From positions 2,208,001-2,272,000 of the forward strand of contig CAVZJV010000014.1 of assembly GCA_963775685.1 (NCBI GenBank): DNA of 64,000 nt, in the 5' to 3' direction. The translations under genes and the position numbers were made by a program. Positions 10,705-21,733 of the stretch are shown here, one piece after another; positions within the stretch are counted from its first letter, which is position 1; each line of letters starts with the position of its first letter. Source of the stretch: Candidatus Bathyarchaeota archaeon (GTDB lineage: Archaea > Thermoproteota > Bathyarchaeia > Bathyarchaeales > Bathycorpusculaceae). The notes beneath the pieces were generated by a model. That model made no database searches. It was not told the DNA's origin and saw nothing but the letters and a program-made list of their open reading frames with translations.

Positions 10705-10920
10705 TTATTCGGGCGGTTTAACCAGAAGCAGGAAAATGCCCAAAAGCATTAGGATAACACTCAGGGCACCAAAGAGCACGCTAAACGGACCTAAAGAGTC
10801 AGTGGTTGAGTTAACGCTTGTCGCAGTGAAATAAAGCAAAACTGCACCAATTATAATCAGAAATACTCCAAATAGTCTTTCAGCTAAGGTTACCCAGAAT
10901 GTGTCGCCTTCTTCGCTCAT
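10705..10920 (-). CDS. Small two-TM membrane protein
   Basis: 71 aa with two hydrophobic helices. Confidence 0.7.
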   Translation of the reverse strand: MSEEGDTFWVTLAERLFGVFLIIIGAVLLYFTATSVNSTTDSLGPFSVLFGALSVILMLLGIFLLLVKPPE

Positions 10921-11466
10921 GTATTTTTTCTTCCCTTGCGTGTTTCTTATGTGTTTCTTTCATATAAACAAGAAGAGTTATTTTAAATTATTCCATAATT
11001 ATAGAAATTAAAGGTTTCTTGCCGTGGCTTTTTATTACCTTTGATATAAAGTGGATTTATGCCTGTTGGAATCTCACAGCCTCTCTCTTTGCGACCTAAT
11101 CGCTCTATCTAAGGGGAACAGGATTAGGTGTTGGTTTTTCTTTGCACTCTTCTATTTGAAAATTGCAGTTGCCCTGCAGTTTTTTGGGTCAGTGTTGATT
11201 GACGTTTTCTCACAGCTTTAGGCTCGAAGCCGTCGCCTTACATCATTCCCACTTTAATGTTGTTTATGCGGATTTATCTATTTTGATAATGAAGGCATTC
11301 TTGCTTATTTCTTGAGAAACGAAATTTTTAGTAGGAAAAATAGTGCATAAATCATTTTTTCCTTGGTGCCTTGAGTGAATTTAACGTCAGTTGACGAATC
11401 TAAACGCTTAAACCACTCTGAGAGTAGGGTAGCCTATACGGCTTATCCGTGGAGGTGAAAAAAGAA

Positions 11467-11535
11467 ATGATATTCGAAGAAGAAGATGAATGGGAAGAAG
11501 GCGAAGACGAAGAATGGGAAGAAGAAGAATGGTAA
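11467..11535 (+). CDS. 22-aa acidic Trp-containing micro-protein MIFEEEDEWEEGEDEEWEEEEW
   Basis: Strong SD GGAGGTGA just upstream, TTAAA box near 11408, T-rich tract downstream; not in ORF track (too short). Confidence 0.6.
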   Translation: MIFEEEDEWEEGEDEEWEEEEW

Positions 11536-11711
11536 ACTAAACCCGTAATGCAACACTTTGTATATTTTCTTTTAAGTTTATGTTTTTCCTCGATGTTTTG
11601 AGGTTATTTTTTTGGACCGATTAAAAAAGCCAATTAGCTTCTTTGTTTTTCTTTTTTCTTCAAGGTTTACATTTATAACTATCTTGTTTGCATCATTTAA
11701 CGACGCCACCC

Positions 11712-13553
11712 ATGACGCGAATTGCTGTATTAAACGAAGACAAATGCAAAGTCAAAAAATGCAACTCACTATGCGTTAGCTTCTGCCCTATGGTTCGCAG
11801 TCGAGTGGAAGCCATACGCGTCGAAGGAAGCAAAGCCATAATAGCGGAAACACTTTGCAGCGGCTGTGGAATATGCGTCAAAAAATGTCCCTTCAAAGCC
11901 ATCAGCATCGTTAATTTACCTGATGCGCTTGAGAAGGATTGCAGTCACCGCTTCAGCGCTAACAGCTTCAAACTCTTCCGCCTGCCCATGCCCTCGCCTG
12001 GAACAGTTTTGGGGTTGCTGGGGCAAAACGGCATAGGCAAAAGCACCACGCTTAAGGTTTTTTCAGGCGAAATCAAACCTAACCTTGGCAAGTTCGATGA
12101 CCCCCCCGACTGGCCTGAAATTATCCAGTATTATCGGGGTTCAAGCCTTCAGGATTACTTTTCGAAGATAAGTGAGAAAAAACTCAAAATCAGCAGCAAA
12201 CCCCAATACGTCGACAAAATCCCCAAAGCAGTATCTGGCAAAGCTGGCGAGCTCTTAGAAAAAGTCGACGAACGTAAACAACTTGATGCAATCGCCGAGG
12301 AGTTGGAGCTCAAGAAGATTTGGGATAGACCGCTTGATGTACTTAGTGGAGGGGAACTTCAACGTGTCGCAGTTGCGGCAGCGCTTAGTCGTGAAGCAGA
12401 CGTATACCTTTTTGATGAACCATCCAGCTACTTAGATGTTAAGCAGCGGCTTGTAGTAGCCAGAGCCATCCGTAACCTCAAAGAACAACAGAAAACCATT
12501 GTTGTGGCCGAGCACGACTTAGCCATAATCGACTACTTATCCGATCAAATCTGTGTCTTCTATGGCGAACCAAGTGTCTACGGCGTTGTCTCACACACTC
12601 ATGGAGTTCGAACAGGCATTAACATTTACCTTCAAGGCTACATCCCAGACGAGAACATAATGTTCCGCAAAGAAGCCATAGTCTTCCACGAAAAACCGCC
12701 AGGTGCGGGCGAAATGGTTGGCGAACCTCTTCTTAAATGGAACAAGATGGAGAAAACCTTCAAAGGTTTCAAACTTGCCATTGAACCAGGCGAATTACGA
12801 ACTGGCGAAATCATAGGAATTTTGGGACCCAACGGTATTGGGAAAACCACGTTTGTGAAGATGTTAGCAGGCTTAGAGGAAACAGATGATAAACGTCAAC
12901 TGAGCAAGTTAACTGTAAGCTACAAGCCACAGTACATCGCGCCTGATTACGAGGGTTCAGTTCAAGAGCTGCTCATGAGCGTGGCGAAGGAAAACTTTAC
13001 TTCCAGCTGGTACAAAACCGAAATCGCTCAGCCGCTTCGGCTTCAAATTCTTATGGACAAAAACGTCATGGAACTCAGCGGTGGAGAACTACAGAAAGTC
13101 GCCATTGCCGCATGCCTTAGCCGCAAGACAGACCTATTCTTGCTCGACGAGCCAAGCGCATATCTGGACGTTGAAGAACGACTAAACGTGGCTAAAACTC
13201 TGCGGCGAGTTGTCGAAGCCCACGGTATTCCCGCCTTCGTGGTTGAACACGATGTAGTTACGCAGGACTTTATTGCTGACCGATTGATGGTTTTCAACGG
13301 TGAACCAGGCGTATCTGGCTTAGCACATCCCCCAACCAGCCTAAGGCAAGGCATGAACACTTTCCTTAAAGAAATGGATATAACCTTCCGACGGGACTCA
13401 GTTACTTTCCGCCCCAGAGTTAACAAGGAGGCTTCACAGATGGATAAGTTCCAAAAGGGCATCGGCGAATACTACTACACCAAAACAGTGAAACCCGAAA
13501 AACTAGAAACCAAGCCAGAGAAGCAAGACGCACCTAAAACGCCCAAAAGGTAA
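11712..13553 (+). CDS. rli1: Ribosome recycling ATPase ABCE1/Rli1
   Basis: N-terminal Fe-S cysteines (CSGCGICVKKCP), two ABC domains (GQNGIGKS, GPNGIGKT, LSGGELQ twice). Confidence 0.97.
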   Translation: MTRIAVLNEDKCKVKKCNSLCVSFCPMVRSRVEAIRVEGSKAIIAETLCSGCGICVKKCPFKAISIVNLPDALEKDCSHRFSANSFKLFRLPMPSPGTVLGLLGQNGIGKSTTLKVFSGEIKPNLGKFDDPPDWPEIIQYYRGSSLQDYFSKISEKKLKISSKPQYVDKIPKAVSGKAGELLEKVDERKQLDAIAEELELKKIWDRPLDVLSGGELQRVAVAAALSREADVYLFDEPSSYLDVKQRLVVARAIRNLKEQQKTIVVAEHDLAIIDYLSDQICVFYGEPSVYGVVSHTHGVRTGINIYLQGYIPDENIMFRKEAIVFHEKPPGAGEMVGEPLLKWNKMEKTFKGFKLAIEPGELRTGEIIGILGPNGIGKTTFVKMLAGLEETDDKRQLSKLTVSYKPQYIAPDYEGSVQELLMSVAKENFTSSWYKTEIAQPLRLQILMDKNVMELSGGELQKVAIAACLSRKTDLFLLDEPSAYLDVEERLNVAKTLRRVVEAHGIPAFVVEHDVVTQDFIADRLMVFNGEPGVSGLAHPPTSLRQGMNTFLKEMDITFRRDSVTFRPRVNKEASQMDKFQKGIGEYYYTKTVKPEKLETKPEKQDAPKTPKR

Positions 13554-13664
13554 CTTGCCCTGTGGAATGTTTCTTCCACTTTTTCCTTCATAGACGCCTG
13601 TTTCGCTAATTACCCAACTGCGACCTTGCCCGAGTCAGACGGATAAACATCAAATAGCTTGCCT

Positions 13665-13932
13665 CTAACTCGTTGAAGTGCGTTCGACTGCAAATAGTTT
13701 CTTCTCTAATCGCAAAATCTTCTTCCGTTGGAAAAAAGTAGAATGGAAATTATCATCGGTTCAAACAGTTTGGGCTGCGTTGCGTTGCTTCCTGCTGAGG
13801 CATAGTTTCGGCAAGCATACATTATCTCTTCAAAGGCTTTGCGGTCTTCGGTTCTGAGTGCCTTCTCAAAGCCCTTCCATCTGTGTATCTCTTCTTCTAA
13901 CGCTATGCGATTCGACTCAACAGTTTGCCCAT
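13665..13932 (-). pseudogene. Conserved archaeal hypothetical protein, two frame breaks
   Basis: Joined reading MGKTVESNRIALEEEIHRWKGFEKALRTEDRKAFEEIMYACRNYASAGSNATQPKLFEPMIISILL; breaks lie in homopolymer runs. Confidence 0.5.
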
Positions 13933-14352
13933 CAGACAGCTCTCCTTGTTTTTTCTCATATTTTTCTCCAGATGTTGAAGTGACAGAGAGTGTTTTTTGG
14001 GTTTTAAAGCATCAGGTAAAAAGACATTACTCGAGAGCAGAGGGCATAGTGTAAGTGAAGTCTGCAAACATCAAGTTTGCAAGTGGCAAGAAGAGCGAGT
14101 GAATCAAACGGCAAAAGTCGAATTCAAAAAACATAAACCATTAAAGTCGCCGAAGACTAATTGTTAAACAGGCAAAAGCAACCAGACTTTTTCCTCCGCA
14201 CCGAGGCTCTCGCTGAAGCTCAATGCCGTTAAGTACAAGCTCCAAGTGAAGTCAAGGATAATTCTCTTCCTGGCTCTCGATAAACCACCACCTTACTGCT
14301 ATTATATGCATCTTGAAATTTGCTTTTGCTCAAAATAGATGGTGGCGAAAAA

Positions 14353-14727
14353 ATGGCGAAAAAATCAAAGGTTCATCAAATTTTTAAAAGAACAACGTCG
14401 CACTTATTTACCAAGCCAGCGACAACAATGTACCCCTATATTAAACCTAAATTAACAGACAATTTTCGCGGTCAACCAGTATTCGATATTGGGCTTTGTG
14501 TTGGTTGTAGCATATGCAGCAAAGATTGCCCTTCAAGCGCTATTGAAATGGTTGATGTTAATGGCAAAACACGTCCTCAATTTAGACTTGACAAATGTAT
14601 CTTCTGTTATCAATGTGCGGATGCTTGCCCCAAAAAAGCCATAACGAACTCGATTATCTATGAGTTAGCCACAACTGACAAGTCCTCTTTAATTATGAAG
14701 CCGCAGACAATCCTTCAGGAGAATTGA
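14353..14727 (+). CDS. 2x[4Fe-4S] protein, NuoI/HycF-like
   Basis: KPATTMYPY...FRG, CVGCSICSKDCP, CIFCYQCADACP; no neighbouring complex subunits. Confidence 0.85.
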   Translation: MAKKSKVHQIFKRTTSHLFTKPATTMYPYIKPKLTDNFRGQPVFDIGLCVGCSICSKDCPSSAIEMVDVNGKTRPQFRLDKCIFCYQCADACPKKAITNSIIYELATTDKSSLIMKPQTILQEN

Positions 14728-15052
14728 GAGCAACCGACGACTATTGAAGCACGACTAAATATTCCACTTTTCTTGAATTTTTTGGTTAACGAGAACGTTT
14801 TTGCTTAGAAATTTTTGTGAGTTTTCCGTTTTTGGATAAATGAATTTTTAGTGGTTTAAATTGGGGTGTGTGGCTTCTTTTCACTGGAATAGTGTTTAAT
14901 TTACATGTTTAAAGCAAAATTCACCATTCAACTCTGCTTCAGCCCGCTTTTGGAACAAAGGGTTTATTCTCAAAGTGTAGTTAACTTAAAGAACAAGAAC
15001 AAATATACTAAGCACTCGCAAACTAAAAACGGGAAAGTGGTGTAAGCAGAAA

Positions 15053-16579
15053 GTGGCTCAAGCAACATTTGAAGAAATCAGTGCATCTGACTTTTTCTAC
15101 CGAAACCGAGACATCGCAGGCTTAACCAACCCCTCACGTAGCATCTTTGTTGCCATCCGTGAAGTCGTAGAAAATTCGCTAGATGCAGCGGAAAGCCAAA
15201 GAATCCCTCCAGACGTTTACGTGCGCCTATCCTTCGAAGCCGAAGCGACCAAAGATACCCAGATTTACAAACTTCGCGTCGAAGACAATGGCTCAGGGAT
15301 CCCACCACGATTCATTCCGTCTGCTTTTGGCCAAGTCCTCTACGGGAGCAAATACAAGCTAAAACAAGCCCGAGGCACCTTTGGCTTAGGCGGAAAAATG
15401 GCGGTCCTCTACGGGCAGATCACAACTCATCAACCCGTATTTGTCACCTCAAGTACAGGTCAAGAAAAAATTTACAGTTTTAAATTGATGATTGACATCC
15501 AGCGAAACAAACCTATAATACTTGACCGCAAAGTTCAGATTAACAAAGATCAATGGCGAGGAACAATAATCGAGTTCACTCTTGAAGGCGACTACCTACG
15601 TGCCATGCCAAAAATTATCGAATACTTCAAGCAAACCGCTATGGTTAACCCATACGCAAACCTGACATTTGTCGATCCGAAGGGAAGGCTCTACAAGTTC
15701 ATAAGGGCAACCACTATTATGCCCGAACCACCCAAAGAAACCATGCCTCACCCATACGGTGTGGATGTTGAACTTTTGCAGCGGCTTATTCAAATCACCG
15801 AAACCAATAACATGCAAAGTTTTCTAAGAGGGCATTTCCACCGTGTCGGAGAAATTACTGCACAGAAATTCCTCGAGTTCGCTGGTATCCCGCCTACCAA
15901 AAACCCCAAAAAGCTCTCTCACGAAGAAATCGTGCGGTTGATGCAAAACCTAAAAAAATACAAGGATTTTCTGCCTCCAGACGCAAGCTGCCTCTCTCCA
16001 TTAGGTGAGGAGCTTCTAAAAGCAGGTGTGATGAAAGAGTTAAACCCTGAGTACCTTGTGGTGCATCAACGAAGGCCTTCAACTTATGCGGGTCACCCGT
16101 TCATTGTGGAGATGGCTATGGCTTACGGTGGCAACATTCCTAAACGAGGCAACTTTGTAGTTTACCGTTTCGCAAACAAAATCCCGCTACTTTATGACGA
16201 AGCGAGCGACGTTTCGTACCGTGTAATTTCAGCTATGAACTGGCGACGTTACAAAGTCGCCCCTGAGATGCCTATTGCCATTGTCGTGCACATCTGCAGC
16301 ACCAAGGTCCCCTACAAAACTGTTGGCAAAGAATTCATCTCGGATCGTCCAGAAGTACGCAGAGAAGTTGCAAACTCACTCCGAGAAGTCGCACGGCAAA
16401 TGCAGCATTTCTTGGCAAGGCAGGAGCACGTACACATGGAGAAGAAACGCTTGGGAATTTTCAGCAAGTACCTGCCTAAAATCGCCGAGTTCTCAACCAC
16501 TCTGGCGGAGGAAACGAAGAAGCCTGACATAGAAAAATTACTAAAGAGTGTACAAAAGTATGGCACAGAAGAAAGCTAG
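15053..16579 (+). CDS. top6B: DNA topoisomerase VI subunit B
   Basis: REVVENSLDA, VEDNGSGI, RGTFGLGG, RFANKIPL GHKL motifs. Confidence 0.97.
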   Translation: MAQATFEEISASDFFYRNRDIAGLTNPSRSIFVAIREVVENSLDAAESQRIPPDVYVRLSFEAEATKDTQIYKLRVEDNGSGIPPRFIPSAFGQVLYGSKYKLKQARGTFGLGGKMAVLYGQITTHQPVFVTSSTGQEKIYSFKLMIDIQRNKPIILDRKVQINKDQWRGTIIEFTLEGDYLRAMPKIIEYFKQTAMVNPYANLTFVDPKGRLYKFIRATTIMPEPPKETMPHPYGVDVELLQRLIQITETNNMQSFLRGHFHRVGEITAQKFLEFAGIPPTKNPKKLSHEEIVRLMQNLKKYKDFLPPDASCLSPLGEELLKAGVMKELNPEYLVVHQRRPSTYAGHPFIVEMAMAYGGNIPKRGNFVVYRFANKIPLLYDEASDVSYRVISAMNWRRYKVAPEMPIAIVVHICSTKVPYKTVGKEFISDRPEVRREVANSLREVARQMQHFLARQEHVHMEKKRLGIFSKYLPKIAEFSTTLAEETKKPDIEKLLKSVQKYGTEES

Positions 16580-17660
16580 GATAGCAAAAAGGCAACAAGA
16601 GGTCCTAACGGGGCTAAAGAACTTCGGTACCCAAATCTATGATCAACTTGAACAGGGCGTCTTCCCAACTATCAATATGCCTAGCCGTTCAACTGAAAAC
16701 ATCGCCTACGACCCAACTCTACGCCAATACATACTTGGTGAGAAAAGCGTCGTTAGAAGCGCCCGCAACATCCGCCACATAAAACCCTTCACACAACTCG
16801 CATGGTGCGCTATGTTTAGTAACGAACTGACTAGTCAACGTAAAACCTCAACCTTAAGAGATGTCTACTATTCGGCGCAAGCTTATGAGATGACTTTTAC
16901 TGACCAGCAAGAATCAAACAACATAATCACTGACCTTGAAACCCTGACGGGCTTTGCTCGCGAAGATTTCCACATTTTTCCCGAAGAACGTAGCGCAATT
17001 TTCGGCGACTTAGACATTGGCTACACCGTTCCTGGCTACGAAGGAAAAACACTCAACTTAACAAGCCACCCAGACGGCGTACTTATCGGTCCAGCCCTGA
17101 CTTCAGCAGAATTCATAAACACCAGAGCCGACAAAGTCATAGCTATTGAGAAAGGTGCTCTCTTCACAAGGTTTATCGAAGAAAACGTCCACAACAAACA
17201 CAAGTCGTTGTTGATTTCATGCGGTGGTCAGGCTCCTAGACAGACACGTAGCTTCATTAGGCGTTTGCATGATGAGTTAAATTTGCCTGTCTTTATTTTA
17301 ACCGATGGTGACCCCTGGGGAATGCACATTGCCCAAGTCATCATATCAGGTTCAGCCAACGCGGCACATCTTCGGGACCTAAACACCCCAGACGCAGTAT
17401 GGAGCGGTGTTTGGGCATCCGATATCGTCGAATACAAGCTACCCACTGACCCATTAGATGAAGTAGATATAAAGCGTCTCTACGAGTTGCAGAGGGACCC
17501 ACGATACCAAAATGACCCACTATGGCAAAGAGAAATCAAGTTGTTTCTTAAAATCAAACGCAAGGCGGAACAGGAAGCTTTCAGTCGCTACGGATTAACT
17601 TACATTGTTGATGAGTATTTGCCTACAAAACTTGAGCAGGCAAATGACAAGAAAAAGTAG
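16560..17660 (+). CDS. top6A: DNA topoisomerase VI subunit A
   Basis: TLRDVYY catalytic Tyr, IEK, GGQAPR, TDGDPWG toprim. Confidence 0.97.
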   Translation: MAQKKARIAKRQQEVLTGLKNFGTQIYDQLEQGVFPTINMPSRSTENIAYDPTLRQYILGEKSVVRSARNIRHIKPFTQLAWCAMFSNELTSQRKTSTLRDVYYSAQAYEMTFTDQQESNNIITDLETLTGFAREDFHIFPEERSAIFGDLDIGYTVPGYEGKTLNLTSHPDGVLIGPALTSAEFINTRADKVIAIEKGALFTRFIEENVHNKHKSLLISCGGQAPRQTRSFIRRLHDELNLPVFILTDGDPWGMHIAQVIISGSANAAHLRDLNTPDAVWSGVWASDIVEYKLPTDPLDEVDIKRLYELQRDPRYQNDPLWQREIKLFLKIKRKAEQEAFSRYGLTYIVDEYLPTKLEQANDKKK

Positions 17661-17921
17661 CAGCTGCACATAGTAGAATTGTCTCTTGAAAGTAAATGAT
17701 TTTGGCGCAACCGGGTTAACGGCACTTACCTAATGGAGGTGAAGTTTCACGCTAACAAGGGAAGCGCTTTTCAACAATAGCTACTGTAGAAAAATGAAAT
17801 ACAAATTGTCCTGAAGCCTATTTTAATGCTATAGAAAGAAATCCTTTTTTTTGCTTAGATAAAGTTTTTATGCGCGTTTGGAACTCTTACAATTCCTCGT
17901 TAAGATAAAGGATGATTCAAG

Positions 17922-18749
17922 ATGACCCTACAAAAAGGAGATTTCATACTAATCGATTATGTAGCTAAAGTTAAGGAAACAAACGAAGTTTTCGACACTA
18001 CAAAAGATGATGTTGCAAAGAAAGAACATCTTCACAAAGAAGGGCAAATCCACGAGCCTGAACTCGTCGTTGTAGGCGAAAGCTGGGTCTTAAAAGCTCT
18101 AGACGACGCTTTAGCGACAATGGAAGTTAACAAGCCTGAAACAGTAGAGATTTCGCCTGACAAGGGCTTTGGACAACGTGACCCAGAAAAAATCAAACGT
18201 GTCCCAATTAAGCAACTCTACGCAAAAGAAATCAACCCAGTTGTCGGCGCACGCATCGAATACCAAGGCAAAAACGCAACCATACGCTCCGTTGGCGCAG
18301 GAAGAGTTCTCTTAGATTTCAACGCTCCCTTGGCAGGAAGAACCCTTGTCTACGACGTCACAATCACAAGCAAACTAGACAAGGTGCCAGAGAAAATCGG
18401 TGCATTGATCCACCGCAGAGTACCTGTCGTCGAACAAGACAAATTCAAACTAACTATGAAAGGGACAGACTTAATTATCGATATGCCTGAAGAAACCTTC
18501 TATGTCGAAGGCATACAAATCGCCAAGCGCGGCATCGCCATGGACATCCAAAAATTCTTACCTGTCCTGACTGAGACAAAGTTCGTTGAAACCTTCAAAG
18601 CTGAGCCAAAACCAGTTCCCACACCAGCCGCTCCCGCAATACCTGCACCTGAAGCAACTGCAGAAGCGAAGCCCGTGGAAGAAGAAAAACCTGTAGCGGA
18701 ACCGAAACCGGCAAAAGCCCCCAAAGCTGCAAAAGCTTCCAAGGATTAA
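17922..18749 (+). CDS. Long-type archaeal FKBP peptidyl-prolyl isomerase (SlyD-like)
   Basis: GDFILIDY...VFDTT, GFGQRDP, DFNAPLAGRTL; Pro/Ala/Lys tail. Confidence 0.92.
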   Translation: MTLQKGDFILIDYVAKVKETNEVFDTTKDDVAKKEHLHKEGQIHEPELVVVGESWVLKALDDALATMEVNKPETVEISPDKGFGQRDPEKIKRVPIKQLYAKEINPVVGARIEYQGKNATIRSVGAGRVLLDFNAPLAGRTLVYDVTITSKLDKVPEKIGALIHRRVPVVEQDKFKLTMKGTDLIIDMPEETFYVEGIQIAKRGIAMDIQKFLPVLTETKFVETFKAEPKPVPTPAAPAIPAPEATAEAKPVEEEKPVAEPKPAKAPKAAKASKD

Positions 18750-18918
18750 AAACGCTAAACCCGATTATCTTTCCTTTTAATTTTCCATTTTAGTACTTTC
18801 CCAGATGGAATTATGCTCTTTGTTAAATTAATAATAAGAGTTAAATTCTTTCTTGCCCTATAGTAATTGAGCACTTAATTCCCTCCTTATTTATTCCAGA
18901 TGGAGGTGTAAAACAATA

Positions 18919-19302
18919 ATGGACCACACCTTAATTCATTTTGAAATCCCAGCAAACGACGTAGAGAACCTCAAGCGTTTTTATGAGGAAGTTTTCGGTT
19001 GGAAAATTACTCAAACTTCAGGACCAATCGAGTACTGGTCAATCCAAACGGTTCCTGCTGATCCAAACGGCAAGCTATTGCGACCAGGAGTTAACGGTGG
19101 TATGTACAAAAAACAGGTTCCTGAAAGCAAACCTGTAAACTACTTCGCTGTCGAATCTATTAGCAATTTTCTGGCAAAGATTGAAAAATTGGGCGGAAAA
19201 GTTACTCAGCCCAAACAAGAAGTTCCGGAAATCGGTTGGATTGCAGCGGCGGAAGACCCAGAAGGAAACGTTTTTGCGCTTATTCAGCAGATACATGTTT
19301 AA
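18919..19302 (+). CDS. VOC/glyoxalase family protein
   Basis: IHFEIPA...FYEEVFGW...GVNGG...GGKV...DPEGN; SD GGAGGTG. Confidence 0.9.
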   Translation: MDHTLIHFEIPANDVENLKRFYEEVFGWKITQTSGPIEYWSIQTVPADPNGKLLRPGVNGGMYKKQVPESKPVNYFAVESISNFLAKIEKLGGKVTQPKQEVPEIGWIAAAEDPEGNVFALIQQIHV

Positions 19303-20367
19303 GCGATTATTCCTGTTGCCTTGGCTGTTTTTTCGCAGGCTTCAACTCCCAGGTTTAGTTTGTGCAGGATGGTGTAACGTTCAGGTCGTATCTTAGCTGC
19401 CATTTCCAAGGCTTTGACTACGTCGGTGTCTTGGATTCCCAGTTCGGCGGCTGTTGTGGGTGCGCCGAGTTGTTTTAGAGTGGTTTTTATGCGTTGCCAG
19501 TTGCCTTTTTGTAGATAAGCAGTTAAAATCGAGCCAATGCCGCATTGTTCACCGTGCATAGCGTGTTTTGTGTTTATTATGTCTAAGGCATGGCTAAAGA
19601 GGTGCTCGGAGCCGCTGCATGGACGGCTGCTTCCCGCGATGCTCATGGCAACCCCGCAGCTGATTAGGGCTTCAAGCAAAACTCGTAAACCTTCATCTTG
19701 ACGATAAACGATTAACTCTGCGTTCTCCGTTACCAGCTTCGCGCTCATCAACGCCAAGCTTGCTGCATAGCCGCCATAATACTCGCCGTTTTCTATGTGC
19801 GCCAGTTGCCAGTCTTTAACGGCTGTGTACTTGGAAATGATGTCTCCGCATCCGCTCACTACGAATCGCCAAGGTCCTTTAGCAATAACTTGTGTATCGG
19901 CAATTATGGCAAGGGGTGCCTGCGCCATAATCGAGAAGGGCTTGTCGGAACCTTTGATTGAAGCAAGGGGACTGGCGATGCCGTCATGGGATACGGTCGT
20001 TGGAACGCTTATGAAGGGGATTTTTAGTTTCCCTGAGCTTACTTTGGCAGAGTCGATGATTGTTCCGCCGCCAACTCCAAAGAGCACCTGCGGCTTTAGG
20101 GTTTTAATCTGATCCTCAATGGCCAATACGTCAGTCATTGTCATGGTTTTGACTTGAAGAAAGTCCACGGTTAAGCCTGATTGTTCCAGAAAACCCGCAG
20201 ACTGTTTTGCCGGCGATTTCGTAACATTGTTGGTCAGACATCACTAAAGCTTTGTCTTTGAGACCTAGGCGTTTGGCTACGTCGGGAATGCTGCTTAGTG
20301 TGCCTTTGCCAACGATGACTTCGCGTGGTAGCTGCATGTAATGGTATTTTAAACTCAACTCAACCAC
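19299..20367 (-). CDS. egsA: sn-glycerol-1-phosphate dehydrogenase (frameshift near 20190, probably a sequencing error)
   Basis: MQLPREVIVG N-terminus; GVGGGTIID, PTTVSHDGIAS, SRPCSGSEHLFSHALD, HGEQCG. Confidence 0.93.
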
Positions 20368-20734
20368 TGTTAACTTGCAGAGGTATAGTTCGGGATGGAT
20401 GCTTTAAAACTTTGGGAATTGGTACCCAGTTTAACCCTCTACAATTAACCAAAAAGGCTCAAAAGCGATTAGAGTCCCGATGCAAATGGGCTATCTGTCT
20501 TGGTTACTCCCACATCATCATGGGCATTCCAAGGCATGATGAATTGGTGTTTTCCAGATGTTCCCTCTTGATTTTCCTAAAAGATGCTTACAGCATAAAC
20601 TGCTTATTTGGAAGCGTAATGCCGTATTGTCCAGACTGCACTGGCACAGTGAATGTTTGAACGATTACGTTTGTAGCTGTAAGTCGCTCAAGTATTATCT
20701 GGGTGGGAACAACTCCCGAGCTTACTTTTACAGT

Positions 20735-21267
20735 GCCTTACACTGAAACCTTAGCGTTTATTACTGAGCGGGTGTAGGGCAAGGAGATTGTAATTCCATT
20801 GTCTGTTGTAGCATTGAAGGTGAGGTTGTAGGTGTTTGTTGGGGTTGTTTCTGAAACATGAAGTGTTAAGGTACTTTTAAAGAACCTGTTGTTTGTCGGC
20901 ATCCTTATTGTTGGCTAAAACTGAGGATTTTGCCGTCTGGAGAATCCAATATTGCCTAATCTGACGTTTTCAGGCGACCCCTTAAAGTTCCTTACAATCA
21001 CGTTAACCTCACGCTGCGTCCCCGTATAATGATACCATGCGAAGTGGAAATTTCTAGATGATAATTGAAAGGGACGAGACTTATGGTTGCCGCTATTTGG
21101 GGCGTCTTGGTCGGTGAATTTCCAAAAAAGTAGATGCTGCTAACCAAGAAAACAGTTAGCAAAATAACTGCTAAAACGATTCCTATAGTCCTTTTTCGGT
21201 AACGGATAATTCGAGGTTCTTGGTCTATTAAACACATAACCTCAAAATACCTACACCTTAAGGGCAA
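20735..21267 (-). pseudogene. Membrane-anchored Ig-like/surface protein, fragmented
   Basis: N-terminal TM; downstream frame reads STLTLHVSETTPTNTYNLTFNATT; several frame breaks. Confidence 0.4.
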
Positions 21268-21389
21268 TTTAGTTCTACCTATAGAACAAACCGTTCAATA
21301 ACAGGAACAACCAAAAAAAGAGCAACTCCACAATGTTATGCTTATATTCTCGGATGGTTGTTATTGGTTTTTTAGGAGACATAGAAAAC

Positions 21390-21668
21390 ATGCCCGCTAT
21401 TGAAGTCGGAAGATTATGCGTAAAACATCTCGGTCGAGAGAACGGCAAAAAATGCGTCATCATTGACGTTATGGACAAAAGCTTCGTGTTAGTTACGGGA
21501 CCCAAAAAAGTTACCGGCGTCAAACGCAGGCGAGTCAACATAAACCATGTTATGCCTCTGCAAGAAAAAATCGAAATTAAACGAGGCGCCTCAGACGAGG
21601 AAGTTGCCCAAGCGTTGGAAGCTGCTGGCAAACTCAAAGACATGACCCAACCTGCAAAAACCGCATAA
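21390..21668 (+). CDS. rpl14e: 50S ribosomal protein L14e
   Basis: [23 protein letters not shown]...[19 protein letters not shown]. Confidence 0.95.
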   Translation: MPAIEVGRLCVKHLGRENGKKCVIIDVMDKSFVLVTGPKKVTGVKRRRVNINHVMPLQEKIEIKRGASDEEVAQALEAAGKLKDMTQPAKTA

Positions 21669-21733
21669 TTTTAACCTTTAATTACCTCACATATCCTTTT
21701 TCTTACACCTAACCTAGGAGAAAGAAACCAGTC

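Noticed and set aside
14030-14290. Scattered complementary segments (AACGGCA/TGCCGTT, AAAAGTC/GACTTTT, TCGAGAGC/GCTCTCGA) and a GTCGCCGAAG word reminiscent of the lysine riboswitch
   Set aside because: Could not assemble a consistent known fold; may be decayed coding sequence; worth only a cmscan
20131-20230. Programmed frameshifting in egsA
   Set aside because: Similar indels occur throughout the window, so sequencing error is more parsimonious
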